The notes: generated by a model from the letters alone, not told the origin. A DNA stretch of 64,000 nt from Methanomassiliicoccales archaeon (GCA_046540255.1 JBKHFJ010000006.1:6625-70624), one strand, 5' to 3'; positions 39,294 to 48,647 are shown, counted from the first letter of the stretch. Numbers and translations are program-made.

Positions 39294-39410
39294 AACCCAT
39301 CCATCGACACCCGGGTGTAAGAGACGGAGAGGGGGCGTGCTGGAGGTGGGAGTGAATCCCTCCGATCGCCCGGGGAAAAGGTTAATTCGCCGTTCCCAGT
39401 TCAAGTCAAC

Positions 39411-40520
39411 ATGAGCGATGGAGGCGAACCCTCTGGAGGTCCCACCAGGTTCATGATCCTGGGGGGCTTCCTGGGAGCGGGGAAGACCACCCTGGCGGTG
39501 AGGCTGGGCAGGCTTCTGAAGGAGGAGTACGACAAGTCGGTGGCGATCATCACCAACGATCAGGGGGACGTTCTGGTGGACACCGAGTTCACCAAGGAGG
39601 CCGGTTTCGACGTCAGGGAGGTGCTGGGGGGATGCTTCTGTGCCAACTTCGACGACTTTGTTAAGAACGCAAGGTCCCTGGTCCAGATGAGCAGGCCCGA
39701 CGTCATAATCGCCGAACCGATCGGCACCTCCACCAACATCCTGGCCTCGGTGGTGGCCCCCCTGCGCACCCTCTATCCGGACGAGTTCGAGGTGGCCCCG
39801 CTCACCGTGGTGGTGGACGGGACCCAGGCCCTTGGCCTGTTGGAGGGGGGAGAGAGGGAGGGGACGACGCTCATACCCTCCCACCAGGTGAAGGAGGCCG
39901 AGTGCTTGGTCCTCTCCAAGGTCGATCGCCTCCCCGAGAGCTCTTTGGAACCGACCATGGAGGCGCTCCATCGTCACCTGAACGGGGTGGAGGTGATCCC
40001 CTACTCCTCGGTGACCGGGGAGAACCTGGACACGGTCCTCGACCTGATACTGTCCGACCGGGTCAGCCGCAAGATGCCCACCGGGGCCGACCAGAGCACG
40101 TTCGCCGGGGAGAAGGCCAGCCTGGGTTGGTACAGCAGCTCCTCGACCCTCCTCCCCTCCGGGAAGGTGGACCTGTACGATTTGGTGACCTCTGTCATGA
40201 GGAAGGTGGCCGACTCCTTCGATGCCTCGGCCGTGGCCCATGTGAAGGTGGTGGTGAGGTCCCCCTCCGTGGGGGTCAAGGTCAGCCTGGTGGGGAACTC
40301 CATGCAGGTGGACGGGCTGAGCGGTTCACGCTACCTGGAGGAGCCCGGGAGCGTGGTGGTGAACGCCAGGGTGATCTCCTCCCCCGAGCATCTCAGCGGG
40401 GTGCTCCGGGACATCATCGACTCCTTGGAGGAGGAGATGCCCCTCTCCCTGCGGGATTTCGAGGAGTCCTGCTTCACCCCCAGACCGGAGGCGCCCTCCT
40501 ACTTCTTCAAGCAGGTGTGA
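39411..40520 (+). CDS. COG0523/CobW-family G3E GTPase (metallochaperone)
   Basis: GGFLGAGKTT, TND, GGCFC, IIAEPIG and SKVD. Confidence 0.85.
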   Translation: MSDGGEPSGGPTRFMILGGFLGAGKTTLAVRLGRLLKEEYDKSVAIITNDQGDVLVDTEFTKEAGFDVREVLGGCFCANFDDFVKNARSLVQMSRPDVIIAEPIGTSTNILASVVAPLRTLYPDEFEVAPLTVVVDGTQALGLLEGGEREGTTLIPSHQVKEAECLVLSKVDRLPESSLEPTMEALHRHLNGVEVIPYSSVTGENLDTVLDLILSDRVSRKMPTGADQSTFAGEKASLGWYSSSSTLLPSGKVDLYDLVTSVMRKVADSFDASAVAHVKVVVRSPSVGVKVSLVGNSMQVDGLSGSRYLEEPGSVVVNARVISSPEHLSGVLRDIIDSLEEEMPLSLRDFEESCFTPRPEAPSYFFKQV

Positions 40521-40604
40521 GATAGAGGACGCCATATCATCGAGAATTCCGAACATTCTCCGCAGAATGCGCGTTTTCATCAGTAACCCTTAAGACCGTA
40601 CGAT

Positions 40605-41087
40605 GTGATAGGTCACCTCACTAGGGGGAGGCAAACGGTCGTCATCGATGACATGAACCGTCGGATACTCCGATTGCTGGGCACCGACGGCAAGATGAGC
40701 TACAGGGAGGTGGCCCAGAGGCTGAACAGGTCACCCTCCACCGTTAGGGACCGGATAGGTCGTATGGAGGAGGACGGCATCATCTTGGGCTACGTGGCCC
40801 TGGTGAACGCCGAACAGATGGGGATGAGGGCCGAGGGGATCGTGCTGGCCGACATTGCCGAGGGCTTCACCGTGGGAGACCTCCGGGAACTGAAGGAGAT
40901 CGAAGGGGTGACCGAGGTGCTCTTCGTCTCCGGGGAGAAGAACGTGATGGTGAGGGTCCAGGCCGAGGACAACCGTCAGCTGGAGGAGGTGGTCTCCGGC
41001 AAGATAGCCTCCTCTGGGCTGACCGACATCGAGCTCATCGTGGCGCTCGATTCGGTGATGCGCTTCCCAGAGGTGTCCCTGGAGTGA
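40605..41087 (+). CDS. Lrp/AsnC transcriptional regulator
   Basis: ILRLL..DG.MSY.EVA..L..SPSTV..RI..ME..G.I.GY pattern. Start uncertain. Confidence 0.88.
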   Translation: MIGHLTRGRQTVVIDDMNRRILRLLGTDGKMSYREVAQRLNRSPSTVRDRIGRMEEDGIILGYVALVNAEQMGMRAEGIVLADIAEGFTVGDLRELKEIEGVTEVLFVSGEKNVMVRVQAEDNRQLEEVVSGKIASSGLTDIELIVALDSVMRFPEVSLE

Positions 41088-41888
41088 TCAGATCATGGTG
41101 GGGTCGTAGTACCCGATGAAGGGCCGGCTACTGCTCGGGACGATCTTGTGGAACTCTCCCCACCTGCGTTCCACCTGAATATCGAAGGCCGCCTCGTACT
41201 CGTGGACCATGCGGTCGATGTCCTCTCGGTCTTGATCGCCGATTCCGCCCATGGTGGCCCCGGGGGCCAGCTGCTTGGGGGAGACCGGCCCCATGACGAA
41301 CATCCTGCCCCCGTGCATGCCCGCTCCCACATGCTGGCCTATGACCGGCCGATCCTGGATGCCCAGGCCCAGGACCATGATGGTCCCCCCGGCCATGTAC
41401 TCCCCCAGGTAGTCGCCCACCCTCCCCCCTATCACCAGGGAAGGACCGGAGCCCCTGAACTCCTTCATGTGTATGCCGGCGCGGTAACCGCTGTCGTCCC
41501 TAATCAGGATCATACCGCCCCTGGCGGCCAGGCCGGTGACGTCACCCACGCTCCCGTGGACGATGATGCTCCCACAGTTCATGGTGTTCCCGGTCTGGTC
41601 CTGGGCGTTCCCGTAGACCTTTATGGTGGAGCCGTTCAGGAACGCTCCCAGGTTGTTCCCCGGGGTGCCCCTTATCTCGATCACCGTCTCCGGATCGGAG
41701 GCGGTCGACCCTATGTACCTCTGCCCCAGCACACCCTCCACCACGATGTGTCGGGCCCCCTGGGAGAGGGTCTCCCGGATCCTCTGGTTCAGTATCTGAT
41801 GCTCCATCGGGTGGCCCAGGCCGTCCCGGTCGTCCGCCCTGATCACCACCCTCTCCTCGGTCCCCCCTCCAAGGGCCTTCTGGCACAT
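41088..41888 (-). CDS. gltB3: Glutamate synthase GXGXG subunit (GltB3)
   Basis: GQRYIG, PGNNLGAF, GDYLGEYMAGG and GMHGG repeats. Confidence 0.9.
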   Translation of the reverse strand: MCQKALGGGTEERVVIRADDRDGLGHPMEHQILNQRIRETLSQGARHIVVEGVLGQRYIGSTASDPETVIEIRGTPGNNLGAFLNGSTIKVYGNAQDQTGNTMNCGSIIVHGSVGDVTGLAARGGMILIRDDSGYRAGIHMKEFRGSGPSLVIGGRVGDYLGEYMAGGTIMVLGLGIQDRPVIGQHVGAGMHGGRMFVMGPVSPKQLAPGATMGGIGDQDREDIDRMVHEYEAAFDIQVERRWGEFHKIVPSSSRPFIGYYDPTMI

Positions 41889-41889
41889 A

Positions 41890-43419
41890 TCAGCCCCACC
41901 CCTCTCCGACGTGCTTCACGTCCATGACATCCGCTATGCGGGGATTGGCCCCCATGAACCTCAACCTGTCCCGGTTCCCCACCAGGCTCTCCACCGAGTC
42001 TATGCCCATCGCCCCCAGGACCTCCCGGAGCTCCTCGTTCCAGGCGTGGAAGAGGTTGATCAATTTTCCCGCCCCCTCCTCCGGATCCAGTCTGGAGGCC
42101 AGCTCCTCCCTCTGGGTGGCGATCCCCCAGGGGCAGATGCCCCGGTGGCACTGCTGGCAGACGCGACAGCCCAGGGCCACCAGGGGTGCGGTGCACACGC
42201 TGGCCACGTCCGCCCCCAGGGCGAGGACCTTGATCATGTCGGCCGCCGATCTGATGGAGCCGGAGGCGCACAGGGAGACCTGGTTCCTCAGCCCCTCCTC
42301 GGTCAGCCTCCGGTCCACGGTTGATATGGCCACCTCTATGGGGATGCCAGCGTGGTCCCGTATCACCCTGGGAGCGGAACCGGTGCCCCCCTTGAACCCG
42401 TCGATGGTGATGAAGTCGGCACCCGCCCTCACTATGCCGGAGGAGATGGCGGCGATGTTGTGCACCGCGGCCACCTTGACCCCCACCGGGACCTCGTAGT
42501 CGGTGGCCTCCTTCAGCACCGAGATCAGCTGCTGTAGGTCCTCGATGCTGTAGATGTCGTGGTGGGGGTAGGGGGACAGGGCGTCCGTGCCCAGCGGGAT
42601 CATCCTGGTCTCGGAGATCAGCTCGGTGACCTTCTCCCCCGGCAGGTGACCGCCGTGGCCCGGCTTGGCCCCCTGCCCTATCTTGATCTCCACGCTGGCC
42701 ACCTTCTTCAGGTACTCGGGGGTGACCCCGAAGCGGCCGCTGGCCACCTCGCTGTTGATCCGGTGGGCGAAGGCGTAGAAGTCCGGATGCAGTCCCCCCT
42801 CCCCGGAGCCGGCCAGGATATTCAGCCTCTCCGAGGCCTTGAACAGGGCCTTCTGGGTGTTGTAGGAGACCGAGCCCAGGCTGATGTGCCCGATCATGAT
42901 GGGCATGTCCATGGGGATGATGGCCCCCTCACCTCCCTCCAGATCGTACTTCCCCTCGCCTTTCACCTCCAGGCTCCCCGACCGCCTGCCCAGGTAGGTC
43001 CTGGTCTCGATCGGCTCCCTCAGGGGGTCGATGGACGGGTTGGTGACCTGGGCCGCGTCCAGCAGCAGGTCGTCGAATATGGCCCGGTAGGGCAGGTCGG
43101 TCCCGCAGGAAGAGAGGAGCACCCCTCCGCTCCTGGCCTGGGCGGCGATGCTCCGCCGGTCCCTCTCGGTGAAGCTGGGGTGGACCGGGTACTGGGAAGG
43201 GACGGGTCGCACCTCGATGGCGCCGGTGGGGCAGACGTGGGCACAGCGGCCGCAGGCCACGCATCCCCCGGAGTGGCGGACCACCCCTTCCTGGAAGTCG
43301 AGCGCGTCGAAGGAGCACTCCTTGACGCACCTCCTGCAGGAGACGCAGATCTCCCGGTCCACCACCGGTCGGAACCTGTCCTGCCCCTTACTCTTCACGG
43401 TCCCGATGGCCTCGGTCAC
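41890..43419 (-). CDS. gltB2: Glutamate synthase FMN subunit (GltB2) with N-terminal 2x[4Fe-4S]
   Basis: GEGG, EIKIGQGAKPG.GGHLPG.KV, HHDIYSIEDL and C-x2-C-x2-C [3Fe-4S] region; GTG start overlaps the upstream TGA. Confidence 0.92.
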   Translation of the reverse strand: MTEAIGTVKSKGQDRFRPVVDREICVSCRRCVKECSFDALDFQEGVVRHSGGCVACGRCAHVCPTGAIEVRPVPSQYPVHPSFTERDRRSIAAQARSGGVLLSSCGTDLPYRAIFDDLLLDAAQVTNPSIDPLREPIETRTYLGRRSGSLEVKGEGKYDLEGGEGAIIPMDMPIMIGHISLGSVSYNTQKALFKASERLNILAGSGEGGLHPDFYAFAHRINSEVASGRFGVTPEYLKKVASVEIKIGQGAKPGHGGHLPGEKVTELISETRMIPLGTDALSPYPHHDIYSIEDLQQLISVLKEATDYEVPVGVKVAAVHNIAAISSGIVRAGADFITIDGFKGGTGSAPRVIRDHAGIPIEVAISTVDRRLTEEGLRNQVSLCASGSIRSAADMIKVLALGADVASVCTAPLVALGCRVCQQCHRGICPWGIATQREELASRLDPEEGAGKLINLFHAWNEELREVLGAMGIDSVESLVGNRDRLRFMGANPRIADVMDVKHVGEGWG

Positions 43420-44618
43420 ACCTCCACCTCCTGGAACGGATGCTCGGTACCCTTCCTCACCAGGCCGCGGTCCGCCCTGGCGATCATCGGGCTTCCCGCG
43501 TCGGCCGTCCAGATCCTGGCGGAGGGCTCCACCGACCTGATGGCGCATTCCTCGCTCGCGGCGAACACGCACCCCTCCGAGGGGGAGATGCCCGCCACCA
43601 GTGGGCGCAGCTTCTTACGGTCGGCCATGGCGATCATGGTGCACTCGGGCTCCCTCCTGCCCACCAGTATGCTGAAGGGACCGTTCAGGAAGGCCTCCTT
43701 GTAGACTATGCGGAGCCAGGTGGCCAGTCTCCTGCTCCCCTCGTCCATGCCCTCTATCAGCGGGTAGTACCAGGGGGCCATGGCGAACGCCGCCACCGGG
43801 ATGGGGAGGTGATGCTTCCTGACCAGCATGTCCCACAGGTAGGTGATCACCTCCGTGTCCGTAAGAAGGGTGCACTCGTAGCCCGCCATCTCCACCAGCT
43901 TCCTGTTCACCCCGTATGAGGTGATCTCCCCGTTGTGGCACACCGACCAGTCCAGGAGGTTGATCGGATGGGCGCCGGCCCACCATCCGGGGGAGTTGGT
44001 GGGGAACCTGGAGTGGGAGAGCCACATCCTACCCTGGTACCTGGAGATGTCGTAGAACTCCGCGATCTCCCCCGAGTAGCCGCAGCCCTTGAACACGGCC
44101 ATGTCCTTCCCGGAGGAGACGCAGTAGGCGCCCTCCAGGTCCCGGTTGATCCGCATGGCCAGCTCCGCCACCCGGTCCTCCGGATCGAAGGCTGGGCCGC
44201 GGGGCCAGTCCAGCCTCTCCTTGACGATGGCGAAGAACCTCCAGACCAGCGGATACGGGGGGCTGAGGGTGGTCACCTTCTTTGTGAACACCCGCTCGTC
44301 CCCGGTGATGTAGACGTTGTCCTTCAGGAACTCCTCCGTCCTGGACTTGGCCTCCTCGTCATCGAAGATGAACTGGAGACAGAACTCGTCCCTCCTGTCC
44401 GGGAAGAGGCCGTAGCCCGCGTACCCGGCGCCCAGCCCGTTCTCCCTCTCGCTCATGGTGGTGATCATCCGGGTGATGGTGTCCCCGGAGATGGTGCCAC
44501 CGTTGGTGGCGATGCACCCGGCTATGCCGCAGCCCCCGGGCCGTCTCTCCTTGCCCGGTGGGGGGGAGGCCAGGTAGATCTTGCCTCCGTTTCTGGCGAT
44601 ATGGGGGGATCTGGTCAC
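43416..44618 (-). CDS. gltB1: Glutamate synthase amidotransferase subunit (GltB1, Ntn class II)
   Basis: GCGIAG, ERENGLGAG, HSRFPTN, AHP, HNGE and DRKKLRPL; GTG 44618 has a GAGGTGA RBS. Confidence 0.88.
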   Translation of the reverse strand: MTRSPHIARNGGKIYLASPPPGKERRPGGCGIAGCIATNGGTISGDTITRMITTMSERENGLGAGYAGYGLFPDRRDEFCLQFIFDDEEAKSRTEEFLKDNVYITGDERVFTKKVTTLSPPYPLVWRFFAIVKERLDWPRGPAFDPEDRVAELAMRINRDLEGAYCVSSGKDMAVFKGCGYSGEIAEFYDISRYQGRMWLSHSRFPTNSPGWWAGAHPINLLDWSVCHNGEITSYGVNRKLVEMAGYECTLLTDTEVITYLWDMLVRKHHLPIPVAAFAMAPWYYPLIEGMDEGSRRLATWLRIVYKEAFLNGPFSILVGRREPECTMIAMADRKKLRPLVAGISPSEGCVFAASEECAIRSVEPSARIWTADAGSPMIARADRGLVRKGTEHPFQEVEV

Positions 44619-44775
44619 GCGTTCACCTCTCGAGGTTCGGCTCCTGGATGCCATCCCCATGCGGGGGAGTACACCACCGCTGCTAGCGGAAAAGCGGTCT
44701 TTCGGTGCCTTGGTGTTCCCCGATGGTCACGCCAGTGCCGTTCCGTGTCAATCCACCATACGGAGGATATTTAAG
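44619..44775 (-). promoter_or_regulatory. TATA box and about 125-nt structured 5' leader of the glt operon
   Basis: Minus-strand CTTAAATA at 44768-44775; hairpins at 44725-44739, 44677-44689 and 44646-44675. Confidence 0.45.
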
Positions 44776-44974
44776 GGTTGTTGAGAAATCGATTCCTATA
44801 GGACTCATTTGGTATGAATATCGCAATGTAAGAGAAGCTTGTTGGTCTTATATACCGGCCATCCTGTGTAATATGCAATCATAGTACGATAAATGGAAAA
44901 GCACCGCCACGTTCCCGAATCAAACGGACCGGCAATATTCATATCTTATAAATCCTATCAGGGCATCGAGGACC

Positions 44975-45610
44975 ATGTCCCTTTCCAAGGTGTCCCTGCT
45001 CCCCCAGTTGCCCGAGCTGAGCAGGATAAGGGAGATCCGTAAGGCCCTGAACGTCTCCCAGAGGGAACTCGCCAACCTCGCCGGGGTGAGCCAGTCCCTG
45101 GTGGCCAAGGTGGAGAGCGGGAGCATAGACCCGTCGTACAACAAGGTGAGGAAGGTCTTCGAGGCCTTCGAGGAGGCAATCCGGACCCAGAAGGTGGTGG
45201 GGGAGGAGGTGGACGAGGAGCTGACAGTCCTGGACCTGGCCACCAAGGGGGTGGTGAGCGTGACCCCCGATCAGAGTGTGGGGGAGGCGGTGGACCGGAT
45301 GATGAAGGGCCGCTTCACCCAGCTGCCCGTCATGGAGGGGGACAGGGTGGTGGGCTCTCTTACCGATGACCTGCTGAGGGGGTACACCATCCAGGAGACC
45401 AGGACGGGCAAGAGGACCTACGACGAGGTGATGGAGACCCCCCTGAGGGAGGTGATGGAGCCGCCCTTCTCCATCCTCAAGGAGGACACCTCGATAGAGC
45501 TCGCCTCCATGCATCTGCAGAGGGAGGAGGCGGTCCTGGTGTCCAGCCAGGGGGCCATCGTGGGCATCCTCACCAGCGCCGACTTCCTGAACCTGGGCCT
45601 GAGGCGTTGA
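44975..45610 (+). CDS. XRE-HTH + tandem CBS domain regulator
   Basis: IRKALNVSQRELANLAGVSQSLVAKVE followed by FTQLPV and GILTSAD CBS motifs. Confidence 0.92.
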   Translation: MSLSKVSLLPQLPELSRIREIRKALNVSQRELANLAGVSQSLVAKVESGSIDPSYNKVRKVFEAFEEAIRTQKVVGEEVDEELTVLDLATKGVVSVTPDQSVGEAVDRMMKGRFTQLPVMEGDRVVGSLTDDLLRGYTIQETRTGKRTYDEVMETPLREVMEPPFSILKEDTSIELASMHLQREEAVLVSSQGAIVGILTSADFLNLGLRR

Positions 45611-45668
45611 TCCTCAACCTATATCTACCCCCTTCCCCCTGGGTCAAGGGCCCTTCGGGGACCTGGAC

Positions 45669-46271
45669 ATGAAGAAGAAGGAGCTGGAGATGCTGGTGCA
45701 GAGGGTCCCACCGATCCGGGATCCCCAGCCCGGGCTGGAACAGTACTCCACCCCGGCGGACATCGCCTCCGACGTGCTGTTCACCGCCTACTGGAGGGGA
45801 GACATCGCCGACAGGAGGGTGATGGAGCTGGGCTGCGGCAACGGGATGTTCGCCATCGGGGCCAGCCTGCTGGGCGCCGAGACGAGCCTGGGAGTGGACA
45901 TCGATCCCGGATGCCTGGAGCAGGCCAGGGAGAACTCCCTGGCACTGGGCGCCCGGGTGGAGCTGGTGCGTGCCTGGGCGGAGGACCTGGAGGCCAGGGT
46001 GGACACGGTGATCCAGAATCCCCCGTTCGGTGCCCAGAGGAAGGGGGCGGACCGACCGTTCCTCCGCACGGCCCTGAGATGCGCCGACCGCGTCTATACC
46101 CTTCACCTGGCCGGAACGGAGCCCTTCCTCCTGGAGTACATCGATGAGCTGGGAGGAGAGGTGGAGTCCCGGCGGCGGTATAAATTTAATATACCTCACC
46201 TGTTTGGGTTCCATAGGAAGGAAGTGAAATCAGTGGAAGTAGTGATGCTGATCGTAGCGACGGGTGAATAG
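45669..46271 (+). CDS. METTL5-family methyltransferase
   Basis: LEQYSTP, ELGCGNG, NPPFGAQ and AD..FL. Confidence 0.9.
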   Translation: MKKKELEMLVQRVPPIRDPQPGLEQYSTPADIASDVLFTAYWRGDIADRRVMELGCGNGMFAIGASLLGAETSLGVDIDPGCLEQARENSLALGARVELVRAWAEDLEARVDTVIQNPPFGAQRKGADRPFLRTALRCADRVYTLHLAGTEPFLLEYIDELGGEVESRRRYKFNIPHLFGFHRKEVKSVEVVMLIVATGE

Positions 46272-46852
46272 TGATGAGCAATAAGACCGTTTTGCCAGGA
46301 GAGGAGGTCGCCGTGGTGGAGGAGTTCATATCCTCCGAGGGAACCTACGAGGAGGACGGGATAGTCTACGCGGCCCAGTTCGGCGAGCTGGAGCTGGACC
46401 ACGATGACAAGACCGTGAAGGTGGTGGCCAGGAATCCCCCGGTCAGCCTCAGGCTGGGGGACACCGTGTTCGGGGAGATAATCGATGTGAGGACCAGCAT
46501 GGCCATATGCGAGGTCATCGCCGTGGAGGGCAAGGAGAGGGAGATCACCGGAGATACCAACGGGACCATTCACATATCCAAGGTCTCCTCCGGGTACACC
46601 TCGGAGGTGGGGAAGGAGCTGCGGCCCAGTGACATAGTGAGGGCCAAGGTGATCCAGGTGAAGCCCTCCATACAGCTATCCACCCAGGGCAAGGACCTGG
46701 GGGTGATCAAGGCCCTGTGCAAGAAATGCAGGGCACCCATGAGGAGAAAGGGCAAGAACCTCTACTGCGAGTACTGCGATCGCACCGAGTACCGGAAGAT
46801 CTCGGAGGACTACGCTGCGGTGGAGTTCGAGTACATGAAGGGGGGGAAGTAG
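46271..46852 (+). CDS. csl4: Exosome RNA-binding subunit Csl4
   Basis: VLPGE, S1 domain (DIVRAKV), C-terminal CKKC/CEYC and RKIS. Confidence 0.92.
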   Translation: MMSNKTVLPGEEVAVVEEFISSEGTYEEDGIVYAAQFGELELDHDDKTVKVVARNPPVSLRLGDTVFGEIIDVRTSMAICEVIAVEGKEREITGDTNGTIHISKVSSGYTSEVGKELRPSDIVRAKVIQVKPSIQLSTQGKDLGVIKALCKKCRAPMRRKGKNLYCEYCDRTEYRKISEDYAAVEFEYMKGGK

Positions 46853-46945
46853 TAGTCTGGACCATCCAGATCATGGCCAGGGTCACCGTTTCGTCTATCG
46901 GAAATGCTCGCCGGTAGTTAAAGGAAAAAGAATATATGGGCGCTG

Positions 46946-47155
46946 ATGGTTAAGCAGAATCAGGGTAGGCTGATGACCAAATCCAACGAAGAATTGGTAC
47001 AGGAGATCGACGAGCTCCGAACCGAACTCAAGCAGATGAAGGAGATCATCGGAATGCTGTTGAACATGGTCGCCGATTCGGAGGACGACGAGGAGGAGGA
47101 GTACCTCGGTTTGCCCGAGATAGGATCGGTGGAAGCTCCCCGATTCAACACCTGA
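46946..47155 (+). CDS. Small coiled-coil protein with acidic tail
   Basis: EELVQEIDELRTELKQMKEII heptads, DDEEEE tail and an upstream AT-rich promoter. Confidence 0.65.
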   Translation: MVKQNQGRLMTKSNEELVQEIDELRTELKQMKEIIGMLLNMVADSEDDEEEEYLGLPEIGSVEAPRFNT

Positions 47156-47228
47156 ACCTCCACGAGGCAGGAAACCCCTTACCCTTCTCAGGAAAGAGAT
47201 ATTACCGGCCCAGTGGGTATGATGTCCC

Positions 47229-47849
47229 GTGAAGGCAGTCGCACTCATTTCGGAAGGTATCGACTCCCCGGTGGCGGCCCACCTGATGGCCAGTAGGGGG
47301 ATGGACATCACCCTGTTCTTCCTGGACAATTGGGACGAGGCCTCTCCCCTGGACAAGGTCAAAGCGATCACCAGGAAGCTGGAGGAGTCCCTTGGAGCGG
47401 ACCTTCCCCTGTACCGGCTCCCCTACAGGGAGGTCCAGGAGGCCGTATCCAAGGCCTGCAGGAGGGAGTACCAGTGCGTTCTGTGCAAGAGGTTCATGCT
47501 GCGGGCCGCGGAGAAGCTGGCGTCAGAGGTGGGCGCAATGGCGGTGGTCACCGGCGACTCCCTGGGACAGGTGGCCTCCCAGACACTGCACAACCTGCTG
47601 GCGGTGCAGAGGGGGATCCGTCTCCCGGTGCTGCGGCCCCTGATAGGATTGGACAAGAACGAGATCGAGGCCATTGCCAGGGAGATCGGCACCTACGCCC
47701 TCTCCATCCAGCCCTCCCCCTCTTGCCCCTTCGTGCCCGTGAAGCCCAAGACGATGACCAAGGTGGACAGGCTGGAGGAGGAGGTGGGCAGGCTGGACGC
47801 GGATAGGATGGAGCGGATGATCGGCGACTTCCGCCCGGTCACTCCCTGA
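47229..47849 (+). CDS. thiI: ThiI-like PP-loop catalytic domain (no THUMP)
   Basis: SEGIDSPVA, CVLCKRFM, TGDSLGQVASQT, RPLIG.DK and SCPF. Confidence 0.8.
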   Translation: MKAVALISEGIDSPVAAHLMASRGMDITLFFLDNWDEASPLDKVKAITRKLEESLGADLPLYRLPYREVQEAVSKACRREYQCVLCKRFMLRAAEKLASEVGAMAVVTGDSLGQVASQTLHNLLAVQRGIRLPVLRPLIGLDKNEIEAIAREIGTYALSIQPSPSCPFVPVKPKTMTKVDRLEEEVGRLDADRMERMIGDFRPVTP

Positions 47850-48099
47850 GAACGGAGCAACTCCTCAGGTAGGAGGCGTCCCAGATCATCGAGCTGGATA
47901 TCCTGTTGATGAACCTGGCCTGCACCCTGGAGACGTAGATGGTCCTCCCCTCCACCTGGAGCTGCAGGTCGGTGACCTTGGGTGGCTTGATGTTCACCGG
48001 GACCAGGACCGGCCCGTAGCAGGAGGTGGACAGCCTGAAGTCCTCGTCCCTCTCCTGTATGTACTTCACGACCTCTTGTTCGATGGCTATCTCCTTCAT
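47839..48099 (-). CDS. Small hypothetical protein (86 aa)
   Basis: Native codon usage; RLSTSCYGP and KPPK motifs; divergent promoter shared with nob1. Confidence 0.65.
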   Translation of the reverse strand: MKEIAIEQEVVKYIQERDEDFRLSTSCYGPVLVPVNIKPPKVTDLQLQVEGRTIYVSRVQARFINRISSSMIWDASYLRSCSVLRE

Positions 48100-48164
48100 C
48101 CGGGCGTGGATTGAGTATCAGTTATATAACTCTGACCTACCTTCCCCAAAACGGTTTGTTTCCC

Positions 48165-48647
48165 ATGCCGCCTTCGCTCACCGTGAGATTGGTGGTCGAC
48201 ACATCGGCCCTCTTCCACCTGGAGAGGCTACCGGAGGGTGCGGAGATCTTCGCCCCTCATGGAGTACTCCGGGAGCTGGAGAGGTACGGGGACGTCAGGT
48301 CGGCCTACCTCTCCGAGCTGATCACCGTTATGGAGCCCGGGAGGGAGGCCCTCCGGGTGGTGGAGGAGGGCGCCCAGAGGACCGGGGACCAGGTCAGGCT
48401 GTCCGAGGTGGATCGCAGGATCCTCGCCTTGGCATGGGAGCTGGGGGCCCGCATCATGACCGATGATTACTCGGTGCAGAACCTGGCCTCCGAGCTGGGC
48501 CTGGAGTACCTCACCGCCGGGGAAGAGGGGATCTCCGCCGTGTGGAGGTGGAGGTATCGCTGCGTCGGGTGCGGCAGGGTGTGGAAGGAGTGCCACCCGG
48601 ACTGCCCGGTGTGCGGTAGCAGGCTGAAGAGCCACCGCAAGGGATGA
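48165..48647 (+). CDS. nob1: Nob1-like PIN endonuclease with Zn ribbon
   Basis: VVDTSA, LSEVD, TDDYSVQN, CVGC and CPVCG. Confidence 0.9.
   Translation: MPPSLTVRLVVDTSALFHLERLPEGAEIFAPHGVLRELERYGDVRSAYLSELITVMEPGREALRVVEEGAQRTGDQVRLSEVDRRILALAWELGARIMTDDYSVQNLASELGLEYLTAGEEGISAVWRWRYRCVGCGRVWKECHPDCPVCGSRLKSHRKG

Noticed and set aside
37664-40520. Possible integrated island at the tRNA-Val 3' end
   Set aside because: I found no integrase and no second copy of the tRNA 3' end (att site) in the window.
44784-44802. NrpR operator (GGAA-N6-TTCC) upstream of the glt operon
   Set aside because: Only one half-site matches (GAGA-N6-TTCC), which is too weak to call.
45649-45661. CCC-TTCG-GGG tetraloop hairpin before the METTL5-like gene
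   Set aside because: The stem is too short and GC-biased to support a functional RNA call on its own.
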